A DNA stretch of 64,000 nt from the human T2T-CHM13v2.0 reference genome, Homo sapiens. This document shows, in pieces, positions 35,987-49,910 of the stretch. The notes below the pieces were generated by a model. The model was not told the origin of the DNA, did no database searches, and worked only from the letters and a program-made list of their open reading frames with translations. The position numbers and the translations under genes are program-made. The DNA is taken from the NCBI RefSeq assembly GCF_009914755.1, contig NC_060947.1. One strand, given 5' to 3'. Position 1 is the stretch's first letter. The number at the start of each line of letters is the position of its first letter.

Positions 35987-38300
35987 GCAGGTTGTTCAGT
36001 TTCCATGTAGTTGTGCGGTTTTTAGTGAGTTTCTTAATCCTGAGTTCTAATTTGATTGCACTGTGGTCTGAGAGACTGTTTGTTTGTTATGATTTCCATT
36101 CTTTTGAATTTGCTGAGGAGTGTTTTACTTCCAATTATGTGGTCAATTTTAGAATAAATGCAATGTAATGCTGAGAAGAATGTATATTCTGTTGATTTGG
36201 GGTGGAGAGTACTGTAGATGTCTATTAGGTGCATTTGGTCCAGAGCTGAGTGCAAGTCCTGGATATCCTTGTTAATTTTCTGTGTCACTGACCTGTCTAA
36301 TATTGACAGTGTGGTGATAAAGTCTCCCACTATTACTGTGTGGGAGTCTAAGTCTCTGTAGGTCTCTAAGAACTTGCTTTATGAATCTGGGTGCTCCTGT
36401 ATTGGGTGCATATATCTTTAGGATAGTTAGCTTTTCTTGTTGCAATGTTCAAAAATCACAAGCATTGCTATATACCAAAAATAGACAAACAGAGAGCCAA
36501 ATCATGAATGAACTCCCATTCACAATGGCTATAAAGAGAATAAAATACCTAGGAATAGAACTTACAAGGGATGTGAAGGATATCTTCAAGGAGAACTACA
36601 AACCAATGCTCAAGGGAATAAGAGAGGACATGAACAAATGGAAAAACAAACATTCCATGCTCATGGATAGGAAAAATCAATATCATCAAAATGACCATAC
36701 TGCCCAAAGTAATTTATAGATTCAATGCTGTCCCGATCAAGCTACCATTGACTTTCATCAGAGAATTGGAAAAAACTACTTTAAATTTCTCATGGAACCA
36801 ATAAAGAGCCTGCATAACCAAGACAATCCTACGCAAATGGAACATAGCTGCAGGCATCAGGCTACCTGACTTCAAACTATACTACAAGGCTACAGTAACC
36901 AAAACAGCATGGTAGGTACTGGTACCAAAACAGATACATAGACCAATGGAACAAAACAGAGGCCTCAGAAATAATGCCACAGATCTACAACCATCTAATC
37001 TTTGACAAACCTGACAAAAATAAGCAATGGGGAAACGATTCCCTATTTAATAAATGGTGCTGGGAAAACTAGCTAGCCATATGCAGAAAGTTGAAACTGG
37101 ATCCCTTCCTTACACCTTATACAATAATTAACTCGAGATGGCTTAAAGACTTAAATGTAAGACCTAAAACCATAAAAACCCTAGAAGAAAACCTAGGCAA
37201 TACCATTCAGGACATAGGCATGGGCAAAGACTTCATGACTAAAACACCAAAAGCAATGACAACAAAAGCCAAAATAGACAAATGGGATCTAATTAAACTA
37301 AAGAGCTTCTGCACAGCAAAAGAAACTATCATCAGAGTCAACAGGCAACCTACAGAATGGGAGAAAACTTTTACAATCTATCCATCTGACAAAGGGCTAA
37401 TATCCAGAATCTACAAAGAAATTAAACAAATTTACAAGAAATAAAACAAACAACCCTATCAAAAAGTGGGTGAAGGATATGAACAGACACTTCCCAAAGG
37501 AAGTCATTTATGCAGTCAACAAACATATGAAAAAAAAAGCTCATTATCACTTGTCATTAGAGAAGTGCAAATCAAAACCACAATGAGATACTATCTCACA
37601 CCAATTAGAATGGCAATCATTAAGAAGTCAGAAACAGATCCTGGAGAGGATGTGGAGAAATAACACTTTTACATTGTTGGTGGGAGTGTTAGTTCAATCA
37701 TTGTGGAAGACAGTATGGCAATTCCTCAAGGATCTAGAACTAGAAATACTGTTTGACCCAGCAATCTCATTACTGGGTATATACTGAAAGGATTATAAAT
37801 CATTCTACTATAAGGACACATGCACATGTATGTTTATTGCAGCACTGTTCACAATAGCAAAGACTTGGAACCAACCCAAATGCCCATGGATGATAGATTG
37901 GATAAAGAAAATGTGGCACATATACAGCATGGAATACTATGCAGCCATAAAAAAGGATGAGTTCATGTCCTTTGCAGGGACATGGATGAAGCTGGAGGCA
38001 ATATCACACACTAGTGTCTGTTGGCGGATGGGGGGCTAGGAGAGGGATAGCATTAGGAGAAATACCTAATGTAGATGACGTGTTGATGGGTGCAGCAAAC
38101 CACCATGGCACGTGTATTCCTATGTAACAAACCTGCAAGTTCTACACATGTACCCCAGAACTTAAAGTAGAATATAAAAAATTAATAAAAAATAAAAATA
38201 ATAAAAAACAAATAACCAGATGGCAACACAATGCCATGATAAAATCTACACATATGAATATTAACCTTGAATGTAAGCAGGCTAAAATAAATAAATAAAT
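35987..38300 (+). mobile_element. L1PA7-like insertion with 5' inversion (35987-36444 antisense, 36443-38210 sense) and short 3' transduction
   Basis: TSD ataaaaacagagatga (35971-35986) / ataaaaagagagatga (38301-38316); host ORF2 resumes aaaaggagacattacaactg. Confidence 0.9.
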
Positions 38301-41300
38301 ATAAAAAGAGAGATGAAAAAGGAGACATTACAACTGCTACCACAGAAATTCACAGGATTACTATTGGCTACTAAGAGAAACTATATGTCAATATATTACA
38401 AAATCGAGAGGAATTGGTAAATTCCTAGACACATAGAGCCTACCAAGGTTGAACCTGGAAGAAATCCAATACCTGAGATCAAAAACAAGTAACAAGATCA
38501 AAGCTGCAGTGAAATATGCCATCAAAGAAAAGCCCAGAATCTGTTGGCTTTACTGCTGAATTCTGCCAGTAATTTAAGAAACTAATTCTAATTCTATTTA
38601 TACTATTCCAAAATATAGAGGAGGAGGGAATACTTTCATATTCATTCTGTGAGGCCAGTATTATCCTGATACAAAAATCAAACAAAGACATATCAAAAAA
38701 AGAAAATGACAGGCCAAAATCCCTGATGAATATTGATGAAAAAATCTTCAACAACATACTAGCAAACTGAATTCAACAAACATTAAAATGATTTTTCATC
38801 ATGACCAAGTAGGATTTACTCTTGGTATGCCAGAATGGTTCAACATATGTAAATCAACCAATGTGATACATCATTTCAACAGAATGAAGAACTAAATCTA
38901 TATGATCATTTCAATTGATGCTGAAAAAGCCTTTGATAAAATACATCCTCCCTTCATTAAAAAAACCCTCAAAAAGCTGAGTATAAAAGGAACATACTTC
39001 AACATAATAAAAACTATATATGACAGAACCACAGCCAGTATCATACTGAATGAGGAAAATCTGATAGCCTTTCCTCTAAAATTTGGAACATGACAAAGAT
39101 GTCCACTTTCACCACTGCTGTTAAACACAGTATTGGAAGTCCTAGGTACAGCAATCAGAGAAGTGAAAGAAATAAAGAGAATCCAAATTGGAATTTTTCT
39201 TTTAAAAGTCCTTGTTTGTAGAAAGTCTGATCTTATATTTGAGAAAATCTAAAGACTCCACCAAAACTATTAAAACTGAGAAACAAATTCAGTAAAGTTG
39301 CAAGATACAAAACCAACGTACAAAAATCAGTAGCATTTCTATGTGCCTACACTGAACAATCTGAGACAGAAATTAAAAAGTAATCCCATTTACAATAGCT
39401 ACACACAAATTTAAATACCTAGGAATTAACCAAATAAGTAAAAAATTTCTACAATAAAAAATATAAAACATTTATGCAAGAAGTAGAAAAAAGATGAAAA
39501 CATTGAAAGATTTTCCATGTTCATAGATTGGAGGAATAAATATTGTTAAAATATTTATACTACCCAAAGCAATTTACACATTCAATGCAATTTCTATCAA
39601 AATTCCAATTACATTCTTCACAGAAATAGAAAAAAAAATTATCCTGAAATTTACATGGAATCAAAAAAGACCCCAAATAGACAATGGTATTCTGAGCAAA
39701 AAGAACAAAACTGGAGGAATCACATTAACCGACTTCAAATTATTCTGCAGAGTTATAGTAACTAAAACAACATGGAACTGGCATAAAAACTAATACATAG
39801 ACCAGCGTCATGGAATACAAAACCCAGACACAAATCCATACATTTGCAGTGAATTCATTTTTTACAAAGGCGCCAAGACCATACATTGAGGAAAGGACAG
39901 TTTCTTCAATAAATAGTGCTGGGAAACGTGGATATCAATATGCAGAAGAAAGTAACAAGACTCGTCTCTCTTGATATATACAAAAGTAAAATCAAAATGG
40001 ATTAAAGACTTAAATCTAAGACCTCAAACTATAAAACTACTACAATGAAATGTTGAGAAAACTCTCCAGGACATTGAAGTGGGCAAGAATTTCTTGATTA
40101 ATACACCACAAGCACAGGAAACCAAAGCAATCATGGACAAATGGGATCACATCAAGTTAAACAGTTTCTGCACAGCAAAAGAAACAATCAACAAAATGTA
40201 GTGACAACACACAGAATAAAATCAAATATTTGCAAAGTACCTATCTGTCAACAGAATTATAAACAGAACACATGAGGAACTCAAACAACTCTATAGGAAA
40301 AATATAACAAATTGATTGAAAAAAATGGGCAAAATATCTGAATAGATATTTCTCAAAAAAAAGACATATGAATGACAAGCAGGCATACAAAAAGGTCCTT
40401 GGCATCATTGATCATCAGAGAAATGCAAATCAAAATACAATGAGATATCATTTCACCCCAGCAAAATGGCTTATATCCAAAAGCAAGGCAATAAGAAGTG
40501 CTTGTGAGGATGTGGAGAAAAGAGAACACTCATACACTGTTGGTGAGAATGTAAATTAGTACAACCACTATGGAGAACTATTTGGAGCTTCCTCACAAAA
40601 CTAAAAATAGAGCTACCATATTATCCAGCAATCCCACAGGAGTGGATATACCCACCAGAAAGGAAATGAGTATATCAAAGAGACATATGCCCTCCCATGT
40701 TTGTTGCAGCAGTGTTCACAATAGCCACAATTTGGAAGCAACCTAAGTGTCCATCAACAGATAAATGGATTAAAAAATGGGGTACATATACACAATAGAG
40801 TACCATTCAGCCATATAAAAGAACAAGATCCTGTCATTTACAACAACATGAATTTTAAAAAAAGAGCGAGATCCTGTCATTTACAACAATATGAATGAAA
40901 CTAGGGGTCATTATGTTAAGTGAAATAAGCCAGGCACAGAAAGACAAACATTCTATGTTCTCACTTATTGTGGGACCTTAAAATTAAAACAACTAAAATC
41001 ATGGAAATAGCAGAAACATGGTTGCTAGATTCTAGGGACAGTTGGGGAGGGGTTATTGGAGGGGAAATTGGCCTCATTAATGGGTACAAAATATAGAAAG
41101 AATGGATAAAACCTAATATTTGACAACACAACAGAGTGACTGTAGTCAATAATAATATAATTGTACATTTTAAAATAACATATTTGTTATATGTTATATA
41201 GTATAATTGGATTGTTTATAACACAAATGAAAAACATTTGAGGGAATAAACACCCCATTTACTATTATGTGATTATTACACATTGCATGCCAATATCAAA

Positions 41301-41374
41301 GTATCTCATGTACACCACAAATATATACACATACTACACAGCACAAAATTAAATGTTTTTAAGTTTTAAAAAAT

Positions 41375-43415
41375 ACAGCAATGAATTTTGTTGCATCAGT
41401 GGAGTCTTCCTATTGCAACATATTTCTCTATAGCACACAATGCTGTTTGATAACCCTTTACCCACAGTAGGACTTCCTTAGAAATTAGAGTCATTCTTTG
41501 CACATTCTGCCACTGACTTATGAATCATGTTTGTGTAATATTATAAATCATTTGGTGTCATTTCAACAATGCTCATAGTATCTTCACCAAGACTAGGTTC
41601 CATCTCAAGAAATTACTTTGTTCATCCACAAAAAGCAACTCCTCATCTCTTCAAGTTTTATCATGAGATTGCAGCAATCCAGTCACATCTTCAGGCTCTA
41701 CTTCTAATTCTACTTCTCTTGCTATTTCCACCACATTTACAGTTAATTCCTCCACTGAAATCTTGAACCCCTCTCAATGTAATCCATGAAAGTTGGGATC
41801 AGCTTCTTCCAAAATTCTGTTAATGTTGATATCTTGGCCTCTTCCCATTAACCACAAATGTTCTTAATGGCATCTAGAATGGAGAATCCTTTTCAGATGC
41901 TTTTCAATTTACTTTACTCAGATGCATCAGAAGAATTACTACCTATGGCAGCAATAGCCTTATGAAATGTATTTCTTAAATAATAATACATGAAAGTCAA
42001 AATTACTCCTTGATCTATAGGCTACAGATTGAATGTTGTGTTTTGCAGGCACGAAAACAAGCTTAATCTCCTTATACATCTCTATTATAAATCTTGAGAG
42101 ACAAGGTGCATTGTCAATACGCAGTAATATTTTGAAAGGAGTCTTTTTTCCCAAGCAGTAGGTCTCAACAGTAGATAAAATATTCATGAAATAAACAGAT
42201 ATGCTGTCATCCACTCTCTGTTCTTCTATTTACAAAGCACAGGTAGAGTAGACTGAGAATAATTCTTAAACGCCCTAGGATTTTTCTAATGGTAAGTGAA
42301 TACATGTTTCAACTTAAAAAGTCCACGGCTGCATTTGCCTGTAATAAGAGAGTCAGCATATCCTTTGAAGTTTGAAGCCAGGCATTGACTTCTTTCTAGC
42401 TATGATATTCCTAGATGGTATCTGCTTCCAATAGAAGGTTGTTTCATCTACATTGAAAATCTGTTGTTTAGTGTAGCTATCTTTATCAATGATCTTAGCT
42501 AGATCTTCTGGATAACCTGTTGCACCTTCTACATCAGCATTTGCTGCATCACCTTGCACCATTATGTTACACAAACAGTTTTTTTTTCTAAACCTCATGA
42601 GCCAACCTTTACCAGCTTCAGAGTTTTCTTCTGCAGCTTCCTTACTTCTCCCAACCTTTGTAGATTTGAAGAGAGTTAGGGCCTTACTCAGGATTAGACT
42701 TTGGTTTAAGGGACTCTTATGGCTGGCTTGATCTTCTATCTAAACCACTAAAACTTTCTCCATATCAGAAACACATTTGTTTTGCTTTCTTATAATTCAC
42801 TTGTTCACTGGCTTATCACCTTTAATTTTTTTAAGAACTTTTCCCTTTCATCCACAACTAGGCCAACTGCTTTGCATAAAAGAAGTCTAAACTTTTGGTC
42901 TAGTTCAGCTTTTGACATGGCTTCCTTACTAAGCTTAATAATTACTAGATTTTGATTTAAAATGAGAGATGTGCAAATCATCTTTCCCTTGAACACACAG
43001 AGTCCATTGTGGAGTTATTTATTATCATAATGTCAATAGTTTTGTGTCTCAGGGAAGAGGAAGACCCGAGGAGAGGGAGAGAGATGGTGAAGCAGCTGGT
43101 CAGTAGAGCAGTCAGAACACAACATTTATCAATTGACTTAATCGTCATATGGGCGTGGTTCATAGCACTCCAAAACAATTACAATTGTAAAATCAAAGAT
43201 CACGGATTCACAGATCAACATAACAGATGTAATAATAATGAAAAAGTTTTAAATACTGCAAGAATCACCAGAAGGTGACACAGAGACACAAAATGAGTAC
43301 ATACTATTGGAAAAATTGTGCCAATAGACTTGCTGGACATAGGGTTGGCACAAAAGGTCAATTTTTTAAAAGGCAATATCTGGGAAGCAAAGCACAATAA
43401 AACGATGCATGGCTG
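41375..43415 (-). mobile_element. Tigger1 (TcMar-Tigger) DNA transposon, transposase decayed, 3' end missing
   Basis: ORF 42353-42598 [14 protein letters not shown] and 41960-42214 KILLRIDNAP (pogo/CENP-B DDE motifs); TIR remnant plus TA at 43390-43417. Confidence 0.9.
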
Positions 43416-44789
43416 TATTTATGGTGGGAAATGGCAGAAAGCTATGACATGGGGTCAGGGGCAGGATATTTTGTAAGACTGTATAACCTGAAAAGGTTGT
43501 TCATCTTTAATTTTACAATTCAATTGCCTAAATGAAATTATGTCAACATTAATCTATTTCTGTAATATTATATTTATTCACCTCATGCAACTTTGACACA
43601 TAACTCTAATAAGAAGTATTTCTCGTGTTAAAAAACCAAGGATTTCATTTTACATTTTAGAGAAAATGTTTTATCAGAAGCAAGCGCTTTAATTGTGGAT
43701 TTTGAGAGTTCAATAGCAATATCACTTCAGTTGTAAAATATCCTTATATTGTCTGAGAGCATTTCAAGATATATAAGAGGATGTAATCTATAAACTTTTT
43801 AAATATTTAGTAAAGAAAATACACTTCTTCTTTATTAGCTTTATCATATAATGTCATAGTAACAAGAAATTACTTCCTAATTTTTATTGTAATGTAGTAG
43901 TCTCATTTACTAAAAAGCATTTTCCAGCTGTTATTATAGCATATACAAAATATTTAGAAACCAGAGCAGTGTGGGAATAGGGGTGTAATAGAGATTCTGG
44001 TATGAAAAGATAAATTTTGATGCTAGGAAAGTTTTGATTGGCATGCAATGAAAACTCATTAACACTAGCATAAGCAGAGGGGGGATTTTTCTTTTAATGA
44101 TGCACTTCTTTTTTTTTCAGACCCCAAGGGCAAAAATATGGTCAGGCCTAATGAGGTACAGAAAACATGAACTGAAGAGCCATTTGAAAACAACTCATTT
44201 TGTGTGTTTGTCTCTCTGTTTTCTTGTGGCTTCATGGTCTATAATCATTGCTTGTGTCTGTTTTACTATTTCACATTTCTCTTTCTATAGCCTGGCTCTC
44301 ACTGCTTGTTTCTATGCACAACATATGAGGATGACTCACAACTCTCCAGTCTTCCTTATGTTCCTTAAGGAGATAGATAAACTTTACTTTAGGACAAATA
44401 GATTTGCTACTAAACCATAGCGGTGAACAAAAGTCCCAAAATAATAGAAACAAATTAGTGATTCTTGGTATCTAGAGTTATAGTGACCTACCGTTAGGAC
44501 TACATGCATCTGTCCCTCCTCCCACAATTGCCCCAAATACAGAGGTATAAACTGAGTTCTTAGCTACACTATTTTAATGAAGGCTTTTATGCACTTCTAA
44601 ATAGATTACAGTGAAATTGAGAAGTGGGTGTTTGAATGTTTCAGTGACCTAAATAACCAATTCCATTGGAAATAAAAATATATATATAAGGGATTTCATA
44701 GTAAAATAAAGAGAATGTAGTAGTGAATGATATGAAAAAGTTTGCTCTGTAGTAATATCCACTAATGCAGTGGATATGAAAATTGAGCA

Positions 44790-44930
44790 TAACCTAGAAG
44801 AATTGTTAAAACACAGATTGCTGGGTCCTATCTCCAGAGTATCTGATTTAGTAGGTAAGGGGCGATTATGGGTCATGATACTTTGAATTTCCAACAAGTT
44901 TCCTGGGACCACACATTAAAAACCACTGTT
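44790..44930. mobile_element. MER5A-like hAT-Charlie element
   Basis: ttgttaaaacacagattgctgggtcc...ctgatttagtaggt...gggaccacacattaaaaaccactg. Confidence 0.7.
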
Positions 44931-45589
44931 TAGCGTATTTGCCATTAATAGGTTTGCCTGAGTACAAATTGACTTTCAGGCTTATCTCATACTTAACTTG
45001 GTCAAAGATACTCTGCTGTGCTGGAAACAGGCAGGCTGGCACTAATGCAGGAAAGCAGAAGGCAGTAAGGAAAAGGAAAACATTCAGATCTTGCCTGGTA
45101 TTTTATAATACTGACTTATAATCCATTATGCAGGTGCAAACATTATGCTATCTCAAGGTTCCTTTATGAACCTATTACTATGTATTTCTGTTGCTGCAGT
45201 AAAGAAAAATGAAAACAAAAACAAAGCAAACAAACCAAACCTAGCCTGATAAGGTATGATGTTTTAGACTAGATTGCTATGTACCACATAGAAATGAACT
45301 ACATAGTGGTATAAAAATTGAAAAGGGAACAAGCATATAGGAGATGTAAAGATAAAGTGTTTACAGTTTCATAAATCACTATTTTACAAAAAGATTAAGA
45401 ATAAACTAGTTTACTATTTTTTTCAGGAGAAAAATATCTTGTGAAAAAAATTGAAACAACAGGAAAATAAATTTAATAAAAAATGTTGCAAAGCCATTCT
45501 AATAAATGTGTTTAGCAAAAACATCAGTTTAGAAAAATCTCTTCATACAGTATGTCCTTGTCTCATATTGTGTTACTATGATCATATTC

Positions 45590-47190
45590 AAAATAACCCA
45601 TATCTGTGGATACGTGACATCATGCATTTGTCAAAATTCATGGAACTTTATAACAGAAAGAGTTAAGGTTAATGAATGTAAATTTAAAATAAATCATGTA
45701 GGAGGTCAGGGGAGTCCAGGACAAAATATAGACCATGACAAAAGAATCTAACTGCATTTAAAATGTAGGCAAAAACCTCACTAAAAAGGTGAGGTGGGAG
45801 GGGGAAGATATTGACATAAGAAATTTTGAAAAGCAGTGGAGACTATAAGACTAAAGACAAAAGGATCTGTACATAAGCACTGTACACTAGTGGATAAAAT
45901 AGTTTCTCTTAGGGATAAAGGTTGACAATTCTGAAACCACTATTTGTGTACCTTGGAAATGAACAATTAAGTAAATGGTGGCAAATGGTGGGAGCCAGGT
46001 TTCTTGTTACAGACAAGAAATGAGAGGAGGTTAGAATTATCTATGTGATAATGGATTCGAGTTGGAAACATTAACTTGAATTTATGTTTAGCTATATATA
46101 TGTCTCCATGTGTATGTGTGTACACAAGTTAGCATACACACATATATTTCTTTGCTCTGTCAGTTGAGAGGGTCTAGAAACAATAACACCCTAGTTTCAA
46201 TGAGCATACCCAGCACCCAGAACTTGATTTCTAATACCATACTTAATAAAAGGAACCAAGGTTCCTTGGAGAAATGGCTGATTTTAGAAATGGGGTAGGT
46301 AATATACAAGGTAAACTTGGAGCATACTGTAGTACCACAAATTAAGGAAATGCCAAGAAAAAAAAAAAAGACTGATTTTTGGAGCCAACTGAAAGGGTTT
46401 CCAACGGCTAAAGGTGGCACAGTTTGAGTAGCAAAATAAATAAAGTGATATCAAAGTATAACCAAAAATACAAAATAAATAAGTCCATACTAATATAAAT
46501 CAAAAATTAAATAAAAAATGATAACTGGGGAGAAGAGAAAAATCTCTCACAAAATACAAATTTCAGATATTTATTTAGACTCTGCCCTCAAGGTGTTGTA
46601 GCATAACACTCAATTCTTAAGTGTGGGCTACACTGGGTATGGACAGAGGAAAAATAGGAGACATACAGTGGAGAAAACCACCTCAGCCAGTTAATCAATG
46701 TTAACATAAGTAATAAGCCACGTGGGTATCATGTACCTACGATATGATATGATGAGAATGGCACTTTACATCTGTGGTCTTCCTCCTGCAGATGACAATG
46801 TAATCACAAGAAAAACATGAGAAAAATACCAATTAAAGGACATTCTACAAAATACCTAATCAGTACTCCTCAAAATGGTCAAGGTCATTAAAAGCAAAGA
46901 AAGTTTCAGAAAGTGGAGCCTAAGAAGACATGACAACTAAATGTAATGTGGTATCCTGGATGGAATCCTAAAACAGAAAAAGAAAATTAGGTAAAAACTA
47001 AAAAGTCTAAAGAACATATGGACTTTAGTTAGTAATAATGTACCAATATTAGTTCATTAACTGTGATAAAAGTACCATCCTGATGCAAGATGTTAATTAT
47101 AGGGGAAACTAGATGTGGAGCACACAGACACTTTCTATGTCACTGCAAACTTTCTGTAAATGTAAAGCTCTTCTTAAAAGTTTATTTAAA
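45590..47190 (+). mobile_element. L1MC/L1MD-type 3'UTR
   Basis: aaaaggaaccaaggttccttggagaaatggctgatt and gacatgacaactaaatgtaatgtggtatcctgga motifs. Confidence 0.75.
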
Positions 47191-48549
47191 AAATGCTATA
47201 TCTCAATGGTAGAATTCTTTGCCAGAAATATCTTTTCCAAAAGCAAAAGTAATACTAAAATAAAGAGCAAATAATTTTATTTTAGGATTTGTATTTCTTC
47301 CACACTGTGTATCAGGATGGCATTTATCCATTTTGCTGCCTTTTAAGAGAGACTGGCTACAATTCTTAATCCTTTTTATTTTTACCACTTTTCCTTACCT
47401 CAGAGATCAAGGTACTGAACATGACAGTGTTGCGGATGATAGCTCCAACACTCTGAGGAAATCAGATTATAATTTCAAGGCAGTTCTGTTGTTAGCATTG
47501 CCCAAGTTTGGATCTACCTCAACAGGTCAACCTACATCTAAAGAATGAAAATTGCTGCCTTCTGTTCAACTGCCCACCACCACGAACACCAAATACAACA
47601 ACAACTCAAAAAAAGCTATAGAAAACATTATTTTAAAAATGTTATTTTGATTTGTACATCCCTACTGAGTAATAATATTGAGTAGTTCCATACAGTGCAT
47701 GCCTACCATACATATGCAATAGAGAATGAAATCAGAAATGGCTCATTTAAGGAGGTAACAATTTGGCTTGTGACCTGAAAGGGAGCTGGATATGTGTTGA
47801 CTGAGAAAGGAGCCATTAGGACAAAGAAACCAAAAAGGCAAAAACGGAAGGGAAGGAACTTGGAAATGAAGGGAAGATGTTGATCATGCCTGTAATGGTA
47901 TAAGAAAGGGTGCTAGATGAGATTAAAGAAGTGGGTAGTTAGTTAGAGTGGTACCTTGAAGGCCAGGGTTCATTGTTTGGATTCATTCTTAGTGCAGCTA
48001 TAGTCATGTGAGGGTGGTAAGTATGGGAAGGAAGTGACATGATGTACTTTTTTAAAACTTTTATATTGAAGTAACAAATACAAGCATACATCAAAGTGAA
48101 AATGCCTTACAATACAGATTAAGAACTGATTTGTGGATGATTCTTCAAGTTTTTAAATGTTAATTGTCCTTTAATATCAATATATAAACTCTGAAAGCTG
48201 TCTCTCTCTTTGCTCACAAAAGAAAAAAAAAACTAAAACCTGTAAAAATTCCCACCATCAATATATGGTCTATTGGCCCAGATTCTTATGACTGCCCCTG
48301 GATTTCCTTTTGGCACACTCAGAAGATTAAACAACAGGGTAAAATGCAATACAACTTCCTCCCAATGATGTTTTTATGCTCAGATTTTTATATCCATTTT
48401 ATAACTAGATTACTGATTGCCACCACTGGCAGAGGATTCTTAAAGAGGGAGAAACATTTTCTCCACAGACATTTTGCTGTTGTTGTTGCTGTAAATATGA
48501 TGGTATATTTTCATTAATCTTATGTTATACATTGGATCCCTTATTCATA

Positions 48550-49910
48550 GATTTTTTATTGTGATGTAATTCACTTATCACAAAAATTAGCCCTTTACAG
48601 TATACAATTTAGTGGTTTTTAGTATATCCACAATGTGTGCAGCCATAACCACTAGAAATTTGAGAATATTTTCATCACCCCAAAAAGAAACTCTGTATCC
48701 ATTAGCAGTAACTCCCCATTCCCCACTCACCCCAGTCCCTGGTAACTACAGATATACTTTCCATTCCTGTGTAATTGCCTACTATGGACATTTCATATAA
48801 ATGGAATCACACAGTACATGACCTTTTATATCTTGCTCATTTCACTTACATAATGTTTTTAAGATTTATTCACATTCTAACATGTATCAGTATTTCATTC
48901 TTTTTTATGACTGAATATATTTCATTGTTATTTTTTATTTTAAGAAGCAAGGTCTCACTTTGTCACCCAGGCTAAAGTGCAGTGGCATGATCATAGCACA
49001 CTGCAACGTTGAACTCCTGGGCTCAAGGCATCCTCCTGCCTCAGCCTCTCAAGGAGTTGGGATTACAGGCACACACCACCATTCCCAGTAAGTTTTTTTT
49101 CTTTTTCTTTTTTTAGTAGAAATGGGGTCTCACTCTAATGCCAAGACTGGTCTCAAACTCCTGGCTTCAACCAATCCCCTTGCTTCAGCCTCCCAAAGTG
49201 CTGGGATTACAGGCATGAGCCACCACACCAGGCCAGAATATTATTTCATTATATTGATACTATTTTGTTTATGTATTCATCATTTTATAAACATGTGAGT
49301 TATTTCTACTTTTTGGCTACTATGAATAATGTCACTATAAATATTCATATACAAGTTTTTATGTGGACATATATTTAAAATGCTCTTGGGTATATACCTA
49401 AGAGTGGAATTGCTGGGTTACGTGGTAACTCTATGTTTAACTTTTTGAGGAACTTCTTAACTGTTTCCCCAGTTGCTTACCTTTTTATATTCCCACAGTC
49501 AATGTATGAGGCTTCCATTTTCTCTACACCTTTGCCAATAATTATTAATAAATGTGTGGTTTTTTTAATTATAGCCAAACTAATGGGTGTTAAGTGATAT
49601 CTCACAGTGGTTACATTTTGCATTTTCATAATGACTAGTGATGTTTAGCATCTTTATACATTGTATGCATACCAGTAGTTTTTTGTTATTGGTTTGTGTA
49701 AATGTTCTTAAAATCAGATGGAAAATAAAATGAGTCATAAAAAATACATTTATACTGTTTTTATATTTCCAATGTTGTTACCTTTTTGACATTCTTTTTT
49801 TCTTCATGTAGACTTGAGTTATTGTCTAGTGAACTTTTATTTCAGCTTGAAGGACTCACTTTAGTATTTGTTGTGAGGAAGATCTGTTAGCAAAAAATTC
49901 TTACCTCTTG
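48550..49910 (-). mobile_element. L1MB-like 3' fragment (plus adjoining L1M piece) interrupted by AluJ
   Basis: ggacatttcatataaatggaatc; gggtatatacctaagagtggaattgctggg. Confidence 0.75.
48931..49234 (-). mobile_element. AluJ, full length
   Basis: gatcatagcacactgcaac...tgaactcctgggctcaag AluJ diagnostics; degenerate TSD gaata(t)atttcatt. Confidence 0.9.

Larger units (their letters stand above)
33373..41370 (+). mobile_element. Old L1MA (MA2/3-like): ORF1 remnant, inter-ORF, ORF2 and 3'UTR; host of MADE1 and an inverted L1PA7
   Basis: ORF1-like VIGLKEEVEKEIGVKNLF; ORF2-like [14 protein letters not shown] (38902); 3' end gtgattattacacattgcatgcc. Confidence 0.88.
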
